Under the pieces are notes generated by a model that made no database searches, was not told where the DNA came from, and saw nothing but the letters and a program-made list of their open reading frames with translations. Below, one piece after another: positions 39,587-53,100 of a stretch of DNA of 64,000 nucleotides (positions within the stretch are counted from its first letter, which is position 1; each line of letters begins with the position of its first letter). This DNA comes from Utricularia gibba (Eukaryota > Plantae > Magnoliophyta): NCBI GenBank assembly GCA_002189035.1, contig NEEC01000002.1, forward strand, positions 5,828,001-5,892,000, read 5' to 3'. A program made the position numbers and the translations under genes.

Positions 39587-42204
39587 ATGGCAGTAGCTGG
39601 CTTTTACCGCCGGATCCTCCCCTCTCCTCCCGCCGTCGATTTCTCTTCGCCGGAAGGCAAGGTAACTCCGATCGCGTCTTCTTACTCTGTAGCGTGGTAT
39701 TGTTTGATCACTTGAATGCTTTCAATGTTATATTCTGTCATATAGGCATGCAAGGGAAAGCATTTATGTTAAGTTGAATTTTTCTTTATTGACCAACCCA
39801 TTGATTGTTGTGTAATTTGTGGCTTAGATGTCAACTTGAATTCTAAAGAGATTGTGATTTTTCTTTTGTTTGCAGAAGCTCTTCCTTGAGGCCATTTATG
39901 ATGGAAATATGGAAGGGTTTTTCAAGTTGATTTCGTATTTTCAAACACAATCTGAACCTGCGTATTGTGGTTTGGCAAGCCTTTCTATGGTTCTGAATGC
40001 CCTTGCAATTGACCCGAAAAAAAAGTGGAAAGGTAAATAATGCTTAAAATGCGACTTCTCTTGTAGGGTGAAACTGCAGTGCTTCCTCATATATTTCTGA
40101 AATTTTCTAGCTATCCTTTGGAATGCATTTGTGTTTTTTTTTTTCATTTTCAAGATTACACATTTTGTTATTTTCATTAAATTAGGGCCTTGGAGATGGT
40201 TTGACGAAAACATGCTGGATTGTTGTGAGCCTTTGGAGAAGGTTAAGGAAACAGGCATCTCCTTTCCGAAAGTTATATGTTTGGCTTACTGTTCTGGAGC
40301 TAGAGTTGAGGGTTTTCATGCAAATGAGAGCTCTATAGATGTTTTTCGGAATTATGTTTCGAAATGTTCTTCTTCAGATGATCGCCATGTAATTGTGTCC
40401 TACCACAGAGGCATTTTTAAGCAGGTTAGATTGCATTCCCCTTTCATGAAGTCAGAGGTGCTGCCTGTCGTTATGTTTTGTATTTGTGTACTTATAAAAT
40501 ATTACATGCTTCATTTGTAATACTTCGATTTGGATGTTTTTTTTTACTTTGACATTTCTTTCTAATCATTATCCGTCTACCTGATTATTAAGCAAGTTGC
40601 TTTCAATGCAGACTGGAACGGGCCACTTTTCTCCAGTTGGGGGATATAATGCCAAAAAAGATATGGCTCTCATTCTAGATACTGCAAGGTTTAAATACCC
40701 TCCGCATTGGGTTCCACTTACTCTCCTCTGGGAAGCTATGAGTACTTTAGATGAATCAACAGGAAAGCAACGTGGGTATGCACATGAGTTTTCCTGTGTT
40801 GGCTGTTTTAAGGTTTTTGGCGTTCCAACTTGTAGCATCGATTTTCCATCATATCTCAATCTCCTTAAATGCAATTCCTAATGTCCTAAAAAATCATCAT
40901 GTTTTCATGTCATTGATATGACTGCTTTGATTCTAAGAATTTCCATCTCAAATCTCATCATCTATATTATCAGGTTCATGATTGTTTCTAAGAACCAAAG
41001 AGACCCAGCTTTGTTGTATTCTCTGGTATGATTTTTTCTTTCATAAAATAAAGTGTATGATGCTGTTGAACTTAAGCTTCCAATATCTAGATGTTTATCC
41101 TGATGGAGTTAGTCGACTAAATTTTCCAAGTTGAGAATCGCCATTTTCAGATTCATATCTTAATTGAGTATGGTCTAATCCTTTACTGTTGTCCAGAGCT
41201 GCAAACATGAGAGTTGGATGAGCACTACAAAGTATTTGATGGATGATGTTCCAGCCATACTAGGTTCAGACTTATTGAAGGATGTCCGGAGCATTCTTTT
41301 AGCTATTTTCACATCCCTTCCTCCAGATTTTTTCAAGTTTATTGAAAGGGTGGTAGAGGTTCGTAGGCAGGAGGATGCAACACAATTTCTGAGTGAAGAA
41401 GAGAAAGGAAGGATTGACATCAAGGTAAATGGTTTAGCAATTTCGTTGCATTGTTTGGTGACTAGAATTTAAACGCTTCTAACTTTCCGACTTCCTGAAT
41501 GGGATGTTTTTTTGCCTTCTTCCAGGATGAAATTCTAAAGCAAGTAAAAGAAGCCCCCCTCTTCAAGTATGTAACTGATGTCTTACAGTCAGAGGAGGTT
41601 GCAAAACCTGTAAAATGCAAATTTTGCATCCGAGATAGTTTGACCAGTATAGGAGCTAGCGTATGTTGCCAAGGTGCTGGTATCCTGATGGGGAAATATG
41701 GGTCATCAGAGGCGCTTTCCATCCAGGATGCATGTGTTAGATGCTGCAGTGCTACAAATGGGGGCAAAAATGTTGTTGTAGTATCTGGAACCGTTGTTGG
41801 TGGTACCAGTGCTCAAGGTGTAGATGCGCTGTTTCCTCTCTCCCAAACGGAGTCCAACTGCTGCGAAACTGGATCAGATTGCTATTCTTCCGGTACACAT
41901 CTACATCGCCATGATGTCTTGACAGTGCTTTTGTTGGCACTGCCCCCACCCACATGGTCTACCATCACAGACAAAAATGTTTTGGATGATTTATCTGCTC
42001 TAGTTTCAACAGAAGCGCTTCCTCTGTTACTCCAGGAAGAGGTATATATATTCATATGCCAATTATCTGCATCTTTCGTTTCAAGGAATGCTCATGGCAT
42101 CCTCTGGTTTGCTCCTAATGTCACAGGTTCTCCATTTGAGAAACCAGCTGCTCATGCTTATGAACTGCGAGGAGGATAGACCCCACCGCAGTTTGAAAAC
42201 GTAA
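39587..42204 (+). CDS. PCS1: Phytochelatin synthase (glutathione gamma-glutamylcysteinyltransferase), 8 exons
   Basis: [40 protein letters not shown] (catalytic Cys), [27 protein letters not shown] (His), [16 protein letters not shown] (Asp). All splice sites are GT-AG. Confidence 0.95.
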
Positions 42205-42482
42205 GCCATGGCAACTCACTCTAGTCCAGGGATATGGCTGCTGCTGGCTGGGAGCCCGGTTCACAGCCCCCACCGAACAGAACAATGTCCCCAAAAGGAA
42301 GAGAGCTTATTCAGACCTTTGCATTAGTATGACGATTAGGATCCATTCAACATATCTTTGTAACAGGAGATGCAGGAAAAAATGTCACAGAGAATGGTAC
42401 AGGCTACACGCAGAATATATCCACACCTACAGACACCTCTAGTCTCCAGTGTTAGGAAATCCATACTTTGACAGTTACCTTC

Positions 42483-44335
42483 TTACTCATCCTTCCCGTT
42501 GTTGACTTTGATCTCTAATAGGCGCTCAACGGGCTGTCTGCAAATCGGGCACCTGTCTGTTTGGTACCTCAGCACTTTCGCACACTCACTGCACATGCAC
42601 TGTGTTTTCAACCACAAAAACATTCATCACGAGCCTGAAGTCAGGAAAGCCAAGGTTTAGTGATGAGAAGATTGAACTGTACCATGTGTCGACAGGGTAG
42701 GACTGTTGTGTCGCGAGCTTCCGAGAGACAGATGACACACTCTTTGCCAAGATCATTGCCTTCGTATTCATCACCCTCGATCGAGTTTCCGATACCGTAT
42801 ATCTCCTGTAGCTCATACCTCATGCCATTCACCCACAAGATTTGCCTCACTACTCTCACATGATATTCCCCCTTGTCCTTCTCAAATACAGCATGAGTTA
42901 TCTGGGAGTTTGTGGAACCCGTGTCTGACTTGCCACGTTCGCTGTCTGGACAAGCCTCTGCCTTGATTGCAAGAGGGTAGACATCCATGTCCTTGTCCTT
43001 TGATAATTCTGACTCATCATACATTGAAAGATCGATTCCTGTTCCGGGCGCTTGTCTGAACCTCTGAGCTAAGCCTTGGTTGAAACATGCGGTGATTGGA
43101 GGATGTGCACTTTCTGAGACTGGGGTCAAGTGGCAATCTTTACCCTCCCTTGCGAAAAACATTACAGTGATGCTGCACGACATGGAAATCTCACATCAGA
43201 AAGCTTGGCTATTTCAGAAACATGGTTTATGCTACGCTGTAAACGATGACAAAACTGATAAATAAAAAAGTTGTTTAATTAATCGTTCAGTTGCCATCCA
43301 ACTTCGGAATATCCAACAAGCAATGGCCTTTAAGGAGGTGTAATCCATACCGCAGATTTCACAAGCTACACAAATAGGTAATTCATACTACAACGAAGTA
43401 GCAGATAAAAACTGCAATCAAGTGATAATTACGAAGCCAATTGCTGCTGATGACTCAGAAGATATTCTTGTTCTACAGTCAAGTAAAAGCTCACATTCTA
43501 AAATTCATAGAAACATCATGGTAAACCCAGAAAGTATCCGGCTTTCAAAACAGGTTTAAGGGATCAAGTGAAATGAACCATTAAACCAACACTAACTACA
43601 CTACCAGGCCATTTTACCCTTTTGATGTGCCTTCAATACGCATGCAGTAAACTTAAATGGTACACGATCAGCTATAAAAGCAACCATTCTGAATATAGAT
43701 CCATAAACATCGAAGAAGAACAGCCTTCCTAACACAAATTACGAAGTTGTATATATATGAAGCGAAAACGTCTGTTGATTACTCGAGGATCAGAAAGAAA
43801 AGCTAAAAACAGTGCATGAATGAAAGAGAACAGCATAGGCAAAGATGGCACTTTTACCTTCCGGCTACTGTAGCGTCAAACGTGAAGGAAACAAGATACT
43901 TCCCTGGATTCTCCTCATCAGGCTCGATTCTCAACGTTTCCTTCTTCAAATTAACATCATTCCGAATCGTAACCGCCTTCTGATGCTCCACATAGGGTGG
44001 AGGCGGCGGCGGCGGAGGCGGAAGCGCATGCTGCATCATCGGCCCATAAGGATAACGGCCGGCAACCCAACCCCATGGTGATGATCATACGTCCCCTGAA
44101 CTGGAATCGTTAGCGCACCGTGTGCCTGAGGCGGGTAATAACCCGGGTACTGGTAATACGGCGGAGGGTTTGGGCCGGGCGCTGGGTAGGCGGGCGGAGG
44201 ATAAGGCGTCGCCGCCGCAAAAACATACCGATTGTTGGTGGTAACCTCATTCTGGGGCGGAGGTGAGCGCGGGTGACCCCGGCCCGAAAAGTGCCATCTC
44301 CGGCCATTAACGCCGCTACTCCCCATGTTACCCAT
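42483..44335 (-). CDS. LOG2: LOG2/LUL-type RING E3 ubiquitin ligase; join(44335..43858, 43172..42683, 42599..42483); one -1 frameshift in exon 1 as assembled
   Basis: N-terminal MG myristoylation start, [34 protein letters not shown]2 region, and [24 protein letters not shown]|[22 protein letters not shown]. Confidence 0.93.
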
Positions 44336-44625
44336 TCTTTCCTGCAGAATCACAACGATTTCAACCTTGATTAAGACGAACGAAGCCGAAATCGGAAGAG
44401 GGTTTTGAATAAGAAGAGTGGAGAATTGGAAAAAGGAGACCTTGGGAGGTAAGCGAATGCCAAAGGGCAAAGGGAACCCAGAAAGAAAAGAGAAAGGGAA
44501 AGTGTCAAGAAATGATCATTTTTCGGACACCGCACCGTTAGCAGTTCTAATTTTCCCTTCATTTAATCACAAAAACCATGATTGGCCACGTCGGCGTAGT
44601 GCCCTCCGACGCAGCTTCCCATCTG

Positions 44626-47238
44626 CTAGATGAGGCATGGCACTATCGCATCTCTGTCTCTGCTTCCATAGCTCCAGACCCACAACACCGCCTCCTCATG
44701 CCGCGTGTCTTCCTTCATCTTCATGCAGTTTTGCAGACACCGGAGTGATTCACATGTTCTACTGTCCAACCCACCGGAGAAGAAGACCTCTACGGTGTCT
44801 CCAACCTGAATCCAGCTGCATCCAGGGAGCTTCTTTAGCCCCCTCTGTCTCATCACTCCCCTCAACTCCGCTGACTTTTCCTTTACTCCTAAGTCCGCAT
44901 AAAAGTTCATGATCTGGGCATAGTTTCCGGGATCCATTTCAATCAGGCGGTTCGCAGCCATCTTACCAATCTCATCATTCCCATGGATCCTTGAAGCTGA
45001 CAACAACGACATCCAAATGCTGCTACTATCAGATGCAGAAGGAGTAGATGCCATGGCATCGATGAGCTCGTGTGCCTCTGCTAGATGTCCTCCCCGGCCC
45101 AAGAGATCCACCATGTTTATGTAATGATCCGTATTTGGTGCTATTCCATGGTCTTTCATGGAGTTGAACAGGGCTATTCCCTCATCGATGAAGCCACAGT
45201 GGTTGCAGGAGGAAATAAGGGACAAGAATGTTACCTCATCGGGTGCTACTCCTGAAGATTTCATCTCCTGGAACAATTCCAGGGCCTTATGACAATCACC
45301 ATGAGATCCATGCCCAGAAATCATTGAATTCCATGTAACTACGTCTCTTCTTGGCATGTGGGAAAAGAGCAGCTGTGCATATCTGAAGAAGCCACACTTG
45401 ATATACATATCTAGTAATGAGTTTTCCAACTGAAGATCCCGAGGTAGCTGAAATCTAATGAAGTAAGCGTGTACTGATTTACCTGCAGGTAACAGAGCCA
45501 TCTGTGAAATGGAAGATAGTGCAATGGTGATCGTTATGCAGTCGAGGCGCAAATCATATTGCAGAATTTCTGGGAGAAGAGCAAGGGAGACATCAGGCAT
45601 GCCATTTAGAGAGTAACAAGACATTAAGGAATTCCACACAGCAAGATTCTTCCACAAGACACCAACGAATGATCTTCTTGCCATTTCTGGTTGTCCACAC
45701 CTCGAATAAAACTCAATTAAAGCATTTCCTGTATAAGCATCAAGGTCCAAGCCAGCCTTGATTGTGTAGCCATGGATAGAACAGCCTAGGAGACTACAAC
45801 TGAGATTAGAACAACAACTAAATGCATTTGCAAGAATATTAGGATCCGGCTTTATATCAACATGTAGCATTTCTCGGAATAACATCAATGCCTCATGAAA
45901 CTCTAGATTCTCAAGACTCCCAGATATCATGGATCCCCAAGCTATCAAATCCTTTTCCTGCATTGCAGCAAAAATAATGCGGGCTTCTTTTTTCTTCCCA
46001 AGCTTCGAGTACATCGCCTGTAACGCACTTTGGATAGTTTTACTATCTTCAATGAGCCTCTTACAGAGCTCCCCATGTATCATACTTCCCATGGAGAATG
46101 ATCCACTCACACTGCAAGCAACCAAAGCGCTTGAATAGGTGAATGAATCAGGAATGATGCCTCTATGTCTCATGGAAGTATAAACTTCCAAAGCATCATT
46201 ACCATATCCCTGGTGCACATACGCAGAGATGGTAGCATTCCATACTTCAACCTCCACATGTTCATCACGAAATATAATCCTCCCAGCATCTTCAGGATAA
46301 CCACTCTCACAATACGCAGTTATCAGAGAAGTGCAAACGTACGGATCATTATCACACCCCATCTTAACCAGGTCACAGTGCAACTGAGTGGCAATGCGCA
46401 CATCCTCACCCTGTGAAGATGCCACCAACAGAATGGCAAATGAAGCAGACCCCATGTAGTGGCCTTTTCTCTTTGCTGTGATGAGTAGTTCCAAGCCCTC
46501 TATCCATAATCCATGGCAACAAAACCCACTGATCATGGAATTCCACACTGCAGTATAGTAATTATTCTGCAACTTTTCAAAAACATTCCTAGCATCTGCA
46601 AGCCTACTATAACAACAGTACGCATCAATCAATGCAGTAACTACAAAAGGATCATCATCACAAAAATTTCTTATCGCAAATCCATGAGTTTCTTTCCCAC
46701 ACAAAATATTTGGAAAAGCTTTACATATTCCCAGAAGAATGCACAGTGTATACGCATCAGGCCTGACATTAAAAAGTAGCATCTGGCTAAAACGATGCAT
46801 TGCCTCCTCCAAAGATCCATTCTTGAAGTAGCCATGGATAATGGAATTCCAGAGCGCAGTATCTCGAAGCAAGACCACCGATGACTCATTATCGAACAAC
46901 TTACTTGCTGTGCTAACAGACCCACTCTTGATATACAGTCTGATCAGAGAATTGACAATGTAAGGATCAAAAGAGAAACCCAGCTTAATAACTGAAGAAT
47001 GGAGTGCCTCACCATATCTAAAATCAAGAAGCAAAGTGCAAGCTTTTAGAAGTGAAGGGAAAATGAATCTGAAGGTGTAGGAATTATAACAGGTTCGTCT
47101 AGAATACAAGTCAAGTGCCTCTGAATACTGACCGCGCTGAACAAAGGACAAGATCCTTTTATCGGAATTATCTAAACAGGAAACATGAATTCTTCTGAAA
47201 ACAGAACGTGATGGAGAGATCAAAAAGCCATTACGCAT
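44626..47238 (-). CDS. Pentatricopeptide repeat protein, PLS class with E domain (about 870 aa, intronless)
   Basis: Uninterrupted ORF with repeated WNSMISG/TALIDAY/PDEVTFLSLISSC motifs and an E-domain end (GLKKLPGCSWIQV); no DYW. From memory it resembles Arabidopsis At2g40720. Confidence 0.93.
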   Translation of the reverse strand: MRNGFLISPSRSVFRRIHVSCLDNSDKRILSFVQRGQYSEALDLYSRRTCYNSYTFRFIFPSLLKACTLLLDFRYGEALHSSVIKLGFSFDPYIVNSLIRLYIKSGSVSTASKLFDNESSVVLLRDTALWNSIIHGYFKNGSLEEAMHRFSQMLLFNVRPDAYTLCILLGICKAFPNILCGKETHGFAIRNFCDDDPFVVTALIDAYCCYSRLADARNVFEKLQNNYYTAVWNSMISGFCCHGLWIEGLELLITAKRKGHYMGSASFAILLVASSQGEDVRIATQLHCDLVKMGCDNDPYVCTSLITAYCESGYPEDAGRIIFRDEHVEVEVWNATISAYVHQGYGNDALEVYTSMRHRGIIPDSFTYSSALVACSVSGSFSMGSMIHGELCKRLIEDSKTIQSALQAMYSKLGKKKEARIIFAAMQEKDLIAWGSMISGSLENLEFHEALMLFREMLHVDIKPDPNILANAFSCCSNLSCSLLGCSIHGYTIKAGLDLDAYTGNALIEFYSRCGQPEMARRSFVGVLWKNLAVWNSLMSCYSLNGMPDVSLALLPEILQYDLRLDCITITIALSSISQMALLPAGKSVHAYFIRFQLPRDLQLENSLLDMYIKCGFFRYAQLLFSHMPRRDVVTWNSMISGHGSHGDCHKALELFQEMKSSGVAPDEVTFLSLISSCNHCGFIDEGIALFNSMKDHGIAPNTDHYINMVDLLGRGGHLAEAHELIDAMASTPSASDSSSIWMSLLSASRIHGNDEIGKMAANRLIEMDPGNYAQIMNFYADLGVKEKSAELRGVMRQRGLKKLPGCSWIQVGDTVEVFFSGGLDSRTCESLRCLQNCMKMKEDTRHEEAVLWVWSYGSRDRDAIVPCLI

Positions 47239-49940
47239 TTGATGAGTCAAGAAGCAATACGTCTACAGTTAGGTTAACCAATCCAATGACTCAATAGAAC
47301 CAACCAGTATGTGCAAAGTGACGTCGACCCCTGATGATCACTCTTGGATTCACAAAGTCATAAACTTCCACCTAGAAAACAAAATCAAAATAGAAGAACT
47401 GGAGGCAAGGGGATTCATTTGTACGGAAGAACGCCGCCGTCTACCGGCATGAACGCTACTACTGCACATGATTCCCAGTTTGCGATTTCTCCTCGAATAT
47501 GGCGAAAAAAAACCAGAAATCCGACGCGGGTTGAGGTCAATAAGTCCGTCAAGGAAGACGACTAGTAGTAGCACCAGCAGAGAGATGGAGAGAAGTCGCC
47601 TTCGCCTAATCCAACACTTGAATTCAACAATCAAATGAACCACCCACTCACAAGTTACAGTGGCCTGCGAAATATTTGAGAGGGGAAATCAATTTCATTC
47701 ACCTCCTATTTTCAAATTATTTGAAAAATAGGAAAACCGCATGAAAAAATCACTTAATAAATAATTTTAACTGATAAAAAATAACTGATGTATAATTAAA
47801 ATATTTTTAAACATACTTATTGTAAAATTAATTCATTTTTCACATTAAAAAAATAACATATTTATTTATATTTATTAATAATCATATCTTATAAATTTAT
47901 AAATAAAAAACATGTTTATAATTTATAAAAAAATTACCTACTTTAATTTACATATAATTTAAAAATGAAATAATTTCAATAATTTAAAATAATTATTTAT
48001 ATCATAACGAATATAATTATAAATTTAAGGACTGTGCGGTAGAATTGTTAAAGTTACTTAACAAGAGGTTTTAATTTTAGAAGATATGACTTTACAAATA
48101 TGGAAAAGTTTTGGAATGTGACGATTAACATGGGGATGTTTAGATTTATCCACAACTCATCTCTAATAAGTATTATTGGCTTGCTCTCACTAGAGTGGTG
48201 AGAAAGAACTCCAGAAACCTAGAAGCAAATGATGAAAAACTAAATAACAAAGAATTGAAAGAATGATGATTTTTAAACAATGTTAGCAAATACATAGTCA
48301 ATCTAACATACTGTATGCTTATTTATCTAAATAACAATAATCAAACTATAAATTAAACAATTCTATCAAATAGGGACTTAATTAAATAATATTTCAATAT
48401 CAATAGTGGCATATCACATCAATCATCTTACTAGTAAATGAGGTAAATACATGTAATTTTTACAAATAGTTTGTAAAATACATGATGTTTTGCAAATCAT
48501 TTACAAAAAAAAACATGATGTTTTGTAAAATATATGTATTTTACAAACCAAAATAGTTTTATAAATTAGTATTAATATTTTTAATGAAATTTGAAAATAT
48601 TTTAAATCAATTGATGAAAATTGAATATTGATCTATTAAAAAATAAATAAGATTTTTAGATTGCTAAAAATTTACAAATTAATTTATCCTTTAATACTTT
48701 TTTATCTTCCTAATCAATCATTTCTAATATTTCATGTAATATTAAATTAAAGACTTTCATATAGTATAATTATATAAAAAAAATTATTGTATATTTTGAA
48801 TTTATAAACTATATATATTTTGCAAATTCTTTGTAAAACATCATGTATTTTACAAATGAGTTTCTTCAATTACACGGAATAGAGAAACTCATCAATTTCT
48901 CATCATCCAATACACCACACAGTTGATCAACTCCAGTTTCTGTCTTGGAAAATTTATCCCACAAACCAAGAACCAAGCCCACAAATCCTGCTGTAGGAGT
49001 AGGAGTGAAGAGAAGAGAGAGAGGGGGGTTTGTATGGTATGTATTGCATTTGCGATATGGTATTCAAATGCAGCATGCAGTGCAGCACACAACCCAGACA
49101 CCCCAGTCTGGCATGATTGACAAATATCCATGCAGGCACCGCACAACCACCTTCCGCCACTCATGTCAGCTTTGACTACGAGACACAGGGGAGGGGCGAC
49201 TGTTTTCTGGCTCCCCTTCCTCACCTCACCTTTTCTTCCAACTGTTCTCTCACAACCCACAATTCATTATTCATCTTATTCTTCTTTCGACAGATTAAAA
49301 TATCCCAACAAAACAAAAATGGAATAGTTGCTCCAACACCCCCAATCCCAATCCTCTTGCATATTTACCTTCTGCATATCCAGTGGTAACTTGTTTGTTA
49401 CACAGTGCCCATCTGCTCTTGTTGACTACAACTCTGAGTCTTAAAAAAATGTTTTACTATCACAACAAAAGCCCCTCATTGAACAAATGTGTTTTGCTTT
49501 TCTTTGCTTTGGTTTGTAATAAAAATGGGTTCTTTTTTTTTTTTTTACAAGACATGGATGAATTCTACTTATTGTTACAGTGCAAAAAGGATTTATACAA
49601 AAAATATATATATAGTGTTAGGGTGAAAAGGTAAAGCCAAATAACATATCTTGGTAGGAAAAGACAAATAGAAGATGAACTGCCACAATGTTTTTACCGC
49701 AAAGGGGCAAAAAATGCAAACTGCAGTGTCATGGTTTCATTTCTCCAGTCCCAGCCCCAGCCCCATTATAACTCCTCCATCTCAGCTACTTCATTTCAAG
49801 CCAAGCCAAGAGAAGAGAGACACAAAGGCGAAAAGGTAGACACATGCCCCTTTCCCATCTCTCTATATACACCAACACGCACACTCACACCGCATTCTTT
49901 CGTTCTGTCTCCAGGTAACAGGCGCGATACATAGGAAGGA

Positions 49941-50110
49941 ATGGGGGAGGAGACAAGGAGAGAGAGGAGAGCTCCGGGGGAGGCGGAAGCCGGTCGTTCG
50001 GGGAGAAATGCAGCGAGCTAGCGAAGAAGCAGAGGGCGAAATTCTACATCGTCCGCCGCTGCATCGCCATGCTCGTCTGCTGGCACGAGAAGAACGACCC
50101 CAGAGACTGA
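49941..50110 (+). CDS. DVL/RTFL: DEVIL/ROTUNDIFOLIA-like small peptide (about 56 aa); one -1 frameshift just after the ATG as assembled
   Basis: The frame from 49991 reads [39 protein letters not shown], the RTF motif. No in-frame ATG exists unless one G is added to the G5 run at 49943-49947. Confidence 0.88.
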
Positions 50111-53100
50111 CCTGAAACAGACCACTCTCCACAGTCACACCAACACAAAAAACAAAAAAACGACTGTGAGTGAATCAATTCCTCTGCAAACCCCCTCCCC
50201 CATTACATTATTCTCTTGTTTTTTTACCATCCCAATACCCAAGTAATTCACAGTTTCTCGTCCACTGGTCTTTATACTGTGCTTAACAAGAATGCGATTA
50301 GGGTTTACACACTTAAAGAAAAAAGAAAAAGGGTGGAAATGATTAGTCGACATGATTGAATCATTGCAGGGAAACAAACCAGAGGAGGAGGGAGATGATC
50401 AAGGCGCAAGGTGAGAGTGGTGCATTATTGAGGAATGTTTCTCTTGGGAACAACATACACGTCAGCAGGGGGCCAACATGGTGACATTTTTGTTGACTAC
50501 TTGGGACTTTGATTGTAATTTTTAATTTTTTTTGTTTCAAAACGCATGATAATTATCTTATTTTGGAAAAATAATAATAAAAAACCAACCTTCAACTGAT
50601 TTATTTATTTATTTATTTTCATTGAAACCTTGAAGTGGCAATATCACGTGGCTAAAACATGCTGCCTCAAGGTCACGCACGACTCGCTACAGCGTTGAAA
50701 ATTGGAGGAGGACAAATTTGACCATACATGCAGGTGGGAGCCACACCTTATCATGTGCTTTGCACGTGGTTGAGATAAAATGTTTTTTAAAGTAAAATTA
50801 AGGTGATTAATAATAATAAAGTGCTTTTATTTTAATTTTTACCTTTACTCCTGGTCCTGTAGGAGGAAATATAATAAATAATTTGAATTTCATAGAGCCT
50901 GCGCCAGAGGGGCCAATGCTTCACCACTCGTGCGCCCAGCCACGTGCCCCTCCTTTGTCTCTACTGTTTGTTACTTATTCTCTCTGTCTATTAATATTTA
51001 TATTTTTTGGAATAATTTATATTTTGAAAAACCAATGTAGAAATAATTATGTTATGATTTTTGTTTAAAAAAATAAAAATTCAGAAGCACTATTTATCTC
51101 AAAAAAACCGCAGAAATCAAATTCTATTCTAGTGGAAATCACTATTTTAAAAGAGTAGTAAAATTGGTTTCAATTTTTTTTAATATAGTAGCAAAATAAT
51201 ATTCACCATTTTGATATAAATAACTCTAATTATTTGAAATTATTGGTACTATTAATTCTCAAATTATTTAATTATTTGGAAAAATTAATATCCAAATAAT
51301 CGTTCTAGTTTTTAAATAATTAAAAATTAATTGCGCTCAATGTTCAATTAATGGAAGATAAAAAAAATATCTAAAATATAAAATTATAGAGATTAATTAT
51401 GTCACATATGCTAAAGTTATGCAGGCATATGAAACTTTGGAAATTGATTTTATTAATGAGGACCAATTACACAATTGATATTAAAAATAAAGATTAATTT
51501 TCTCAAAATGTTAAAATTTAGGATTTTTTATGTAATTCTCTCCTACCATAATAACTGCATTACTATAAAATCTATCAAATTTTTTAAAAAATATCGGTTT
51601 CTTTTTGTGTTTAAAAATCGAGAGATGATGGTCGTAGTTGCGAAAGAGATGTTGTAAGAGCAAGTTGGTGTGCATCACAATTATTTAAAAAATAAAAAAT
51701 CATTTCATAATTTTTTAATAAAATAAAAATAAAACCGACACGAGGGGATGGGGTTTGGGCAAGAGTACAGGCGCATGGGCATCAAGATTGACACACGAGA
51801 GTGTAAGAAGAGAGGAGAGGTGTGGGCTACCCACATGAAGCCATGATGATGATGGAGAGAGCATGCATCAGTCAATGGAGATGTGTCGGCCAGAAAAAAT
51901 GCAAGCACTGAAGTGAACACAAACTCACACAAGAACCCAATCTCCATGGACCGGACCCTAATTTATAATTAATATGAAGAATTTAACTTTTAAGTTTCAA
52001 AATTACATTATATATTTCTCACCGTTTTTTTTTTGTAAATAGTTTATCTTCTAACTTACGAAATTGTATGTTCAACTTCTGATATTGCTAAAATTAATTA
52101 ATTTTAACTTTAATATTATTATAACGATGCATTATATAATCATTTTTACTTTGAATCATGTAAAACATGAATGCGATATAATCATAGTCAATTCGAATAA
52201 TATGATATATAAACATGATATAACCTTAATTTGATTCATCAAACTTCAGACACAAATACAAAAAGTACTAACACACAATTTTATTAAGTTTGAAATTAGA
52301 GTTTGTTTCACGGCGTTGTAAATAAGTTCATATTTTAAAAATTTTGAAAATCATTTAAATTTTAGTTATATGATTTTGACACTTGAAATATTTTTTTGTA
52401 ATTTTAAAATTTGAAGATTAAATTCTTTATACTAATTGAAACTTATGATATTATTTTTGTAATTTTCTCATTAATTTTCTATATTTTTTGACAATGTATA
52501 TTATATACATTTTTTAAAAATTGATATTTAAATAAGTATTTGTTAGAAATGGATAATTAGTTGAACACTATTTTCAAATACACAAAGTATAAATCATATT
52601 AAAACAATGTTATGTAAAATTTTTGAAGTATATTTCTATTTTTCAAAAAATAAAAATAATTTTATTTTAAAATAATATAAATTATAAAAGTAATTCTATT
52701 AAAAATACTTTTAAAATTATAATATAAAAATTATTTTTAAAAAAGTAATAAGTATTTTACTTTTTAATTCTTATTTCTATTTTTTAAAATAATTTTAAAA
52801 GAATAAAAATAGTTTCCAAAAGTTTTTACACAATAATGTTTAAACTCGTTTTTGGTAAATTAGGGGTACTTTAGTCAAATCATAATTCGCAGTTCAGTCT
52901 GCGTCTTTAAAACATCTCCGGCTTTCCCCCAATGCAAGCTTCGAGTTCTCGGCATCGGGTGTAGGGTTTGCATTTTCGTCGTTGAAAGTTCTGCTCCAGT
53001 ATAATTGGAAAGCCCTAGGGAAGTGATTTACATCGCTCTCTAGGGTTTGCAAGCGTCCATTTCGCGCATCTTTGCTGGTTCTCTTTTTGCGGAATCGCTT

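Noticed and set aside
48890-49400. Possible MIR hairpin upstream of DVL
   Set aside because: Only short stems (TGCATTTG/CAAATGCA) and no match to the conserved plant miRNA sequences I recall.
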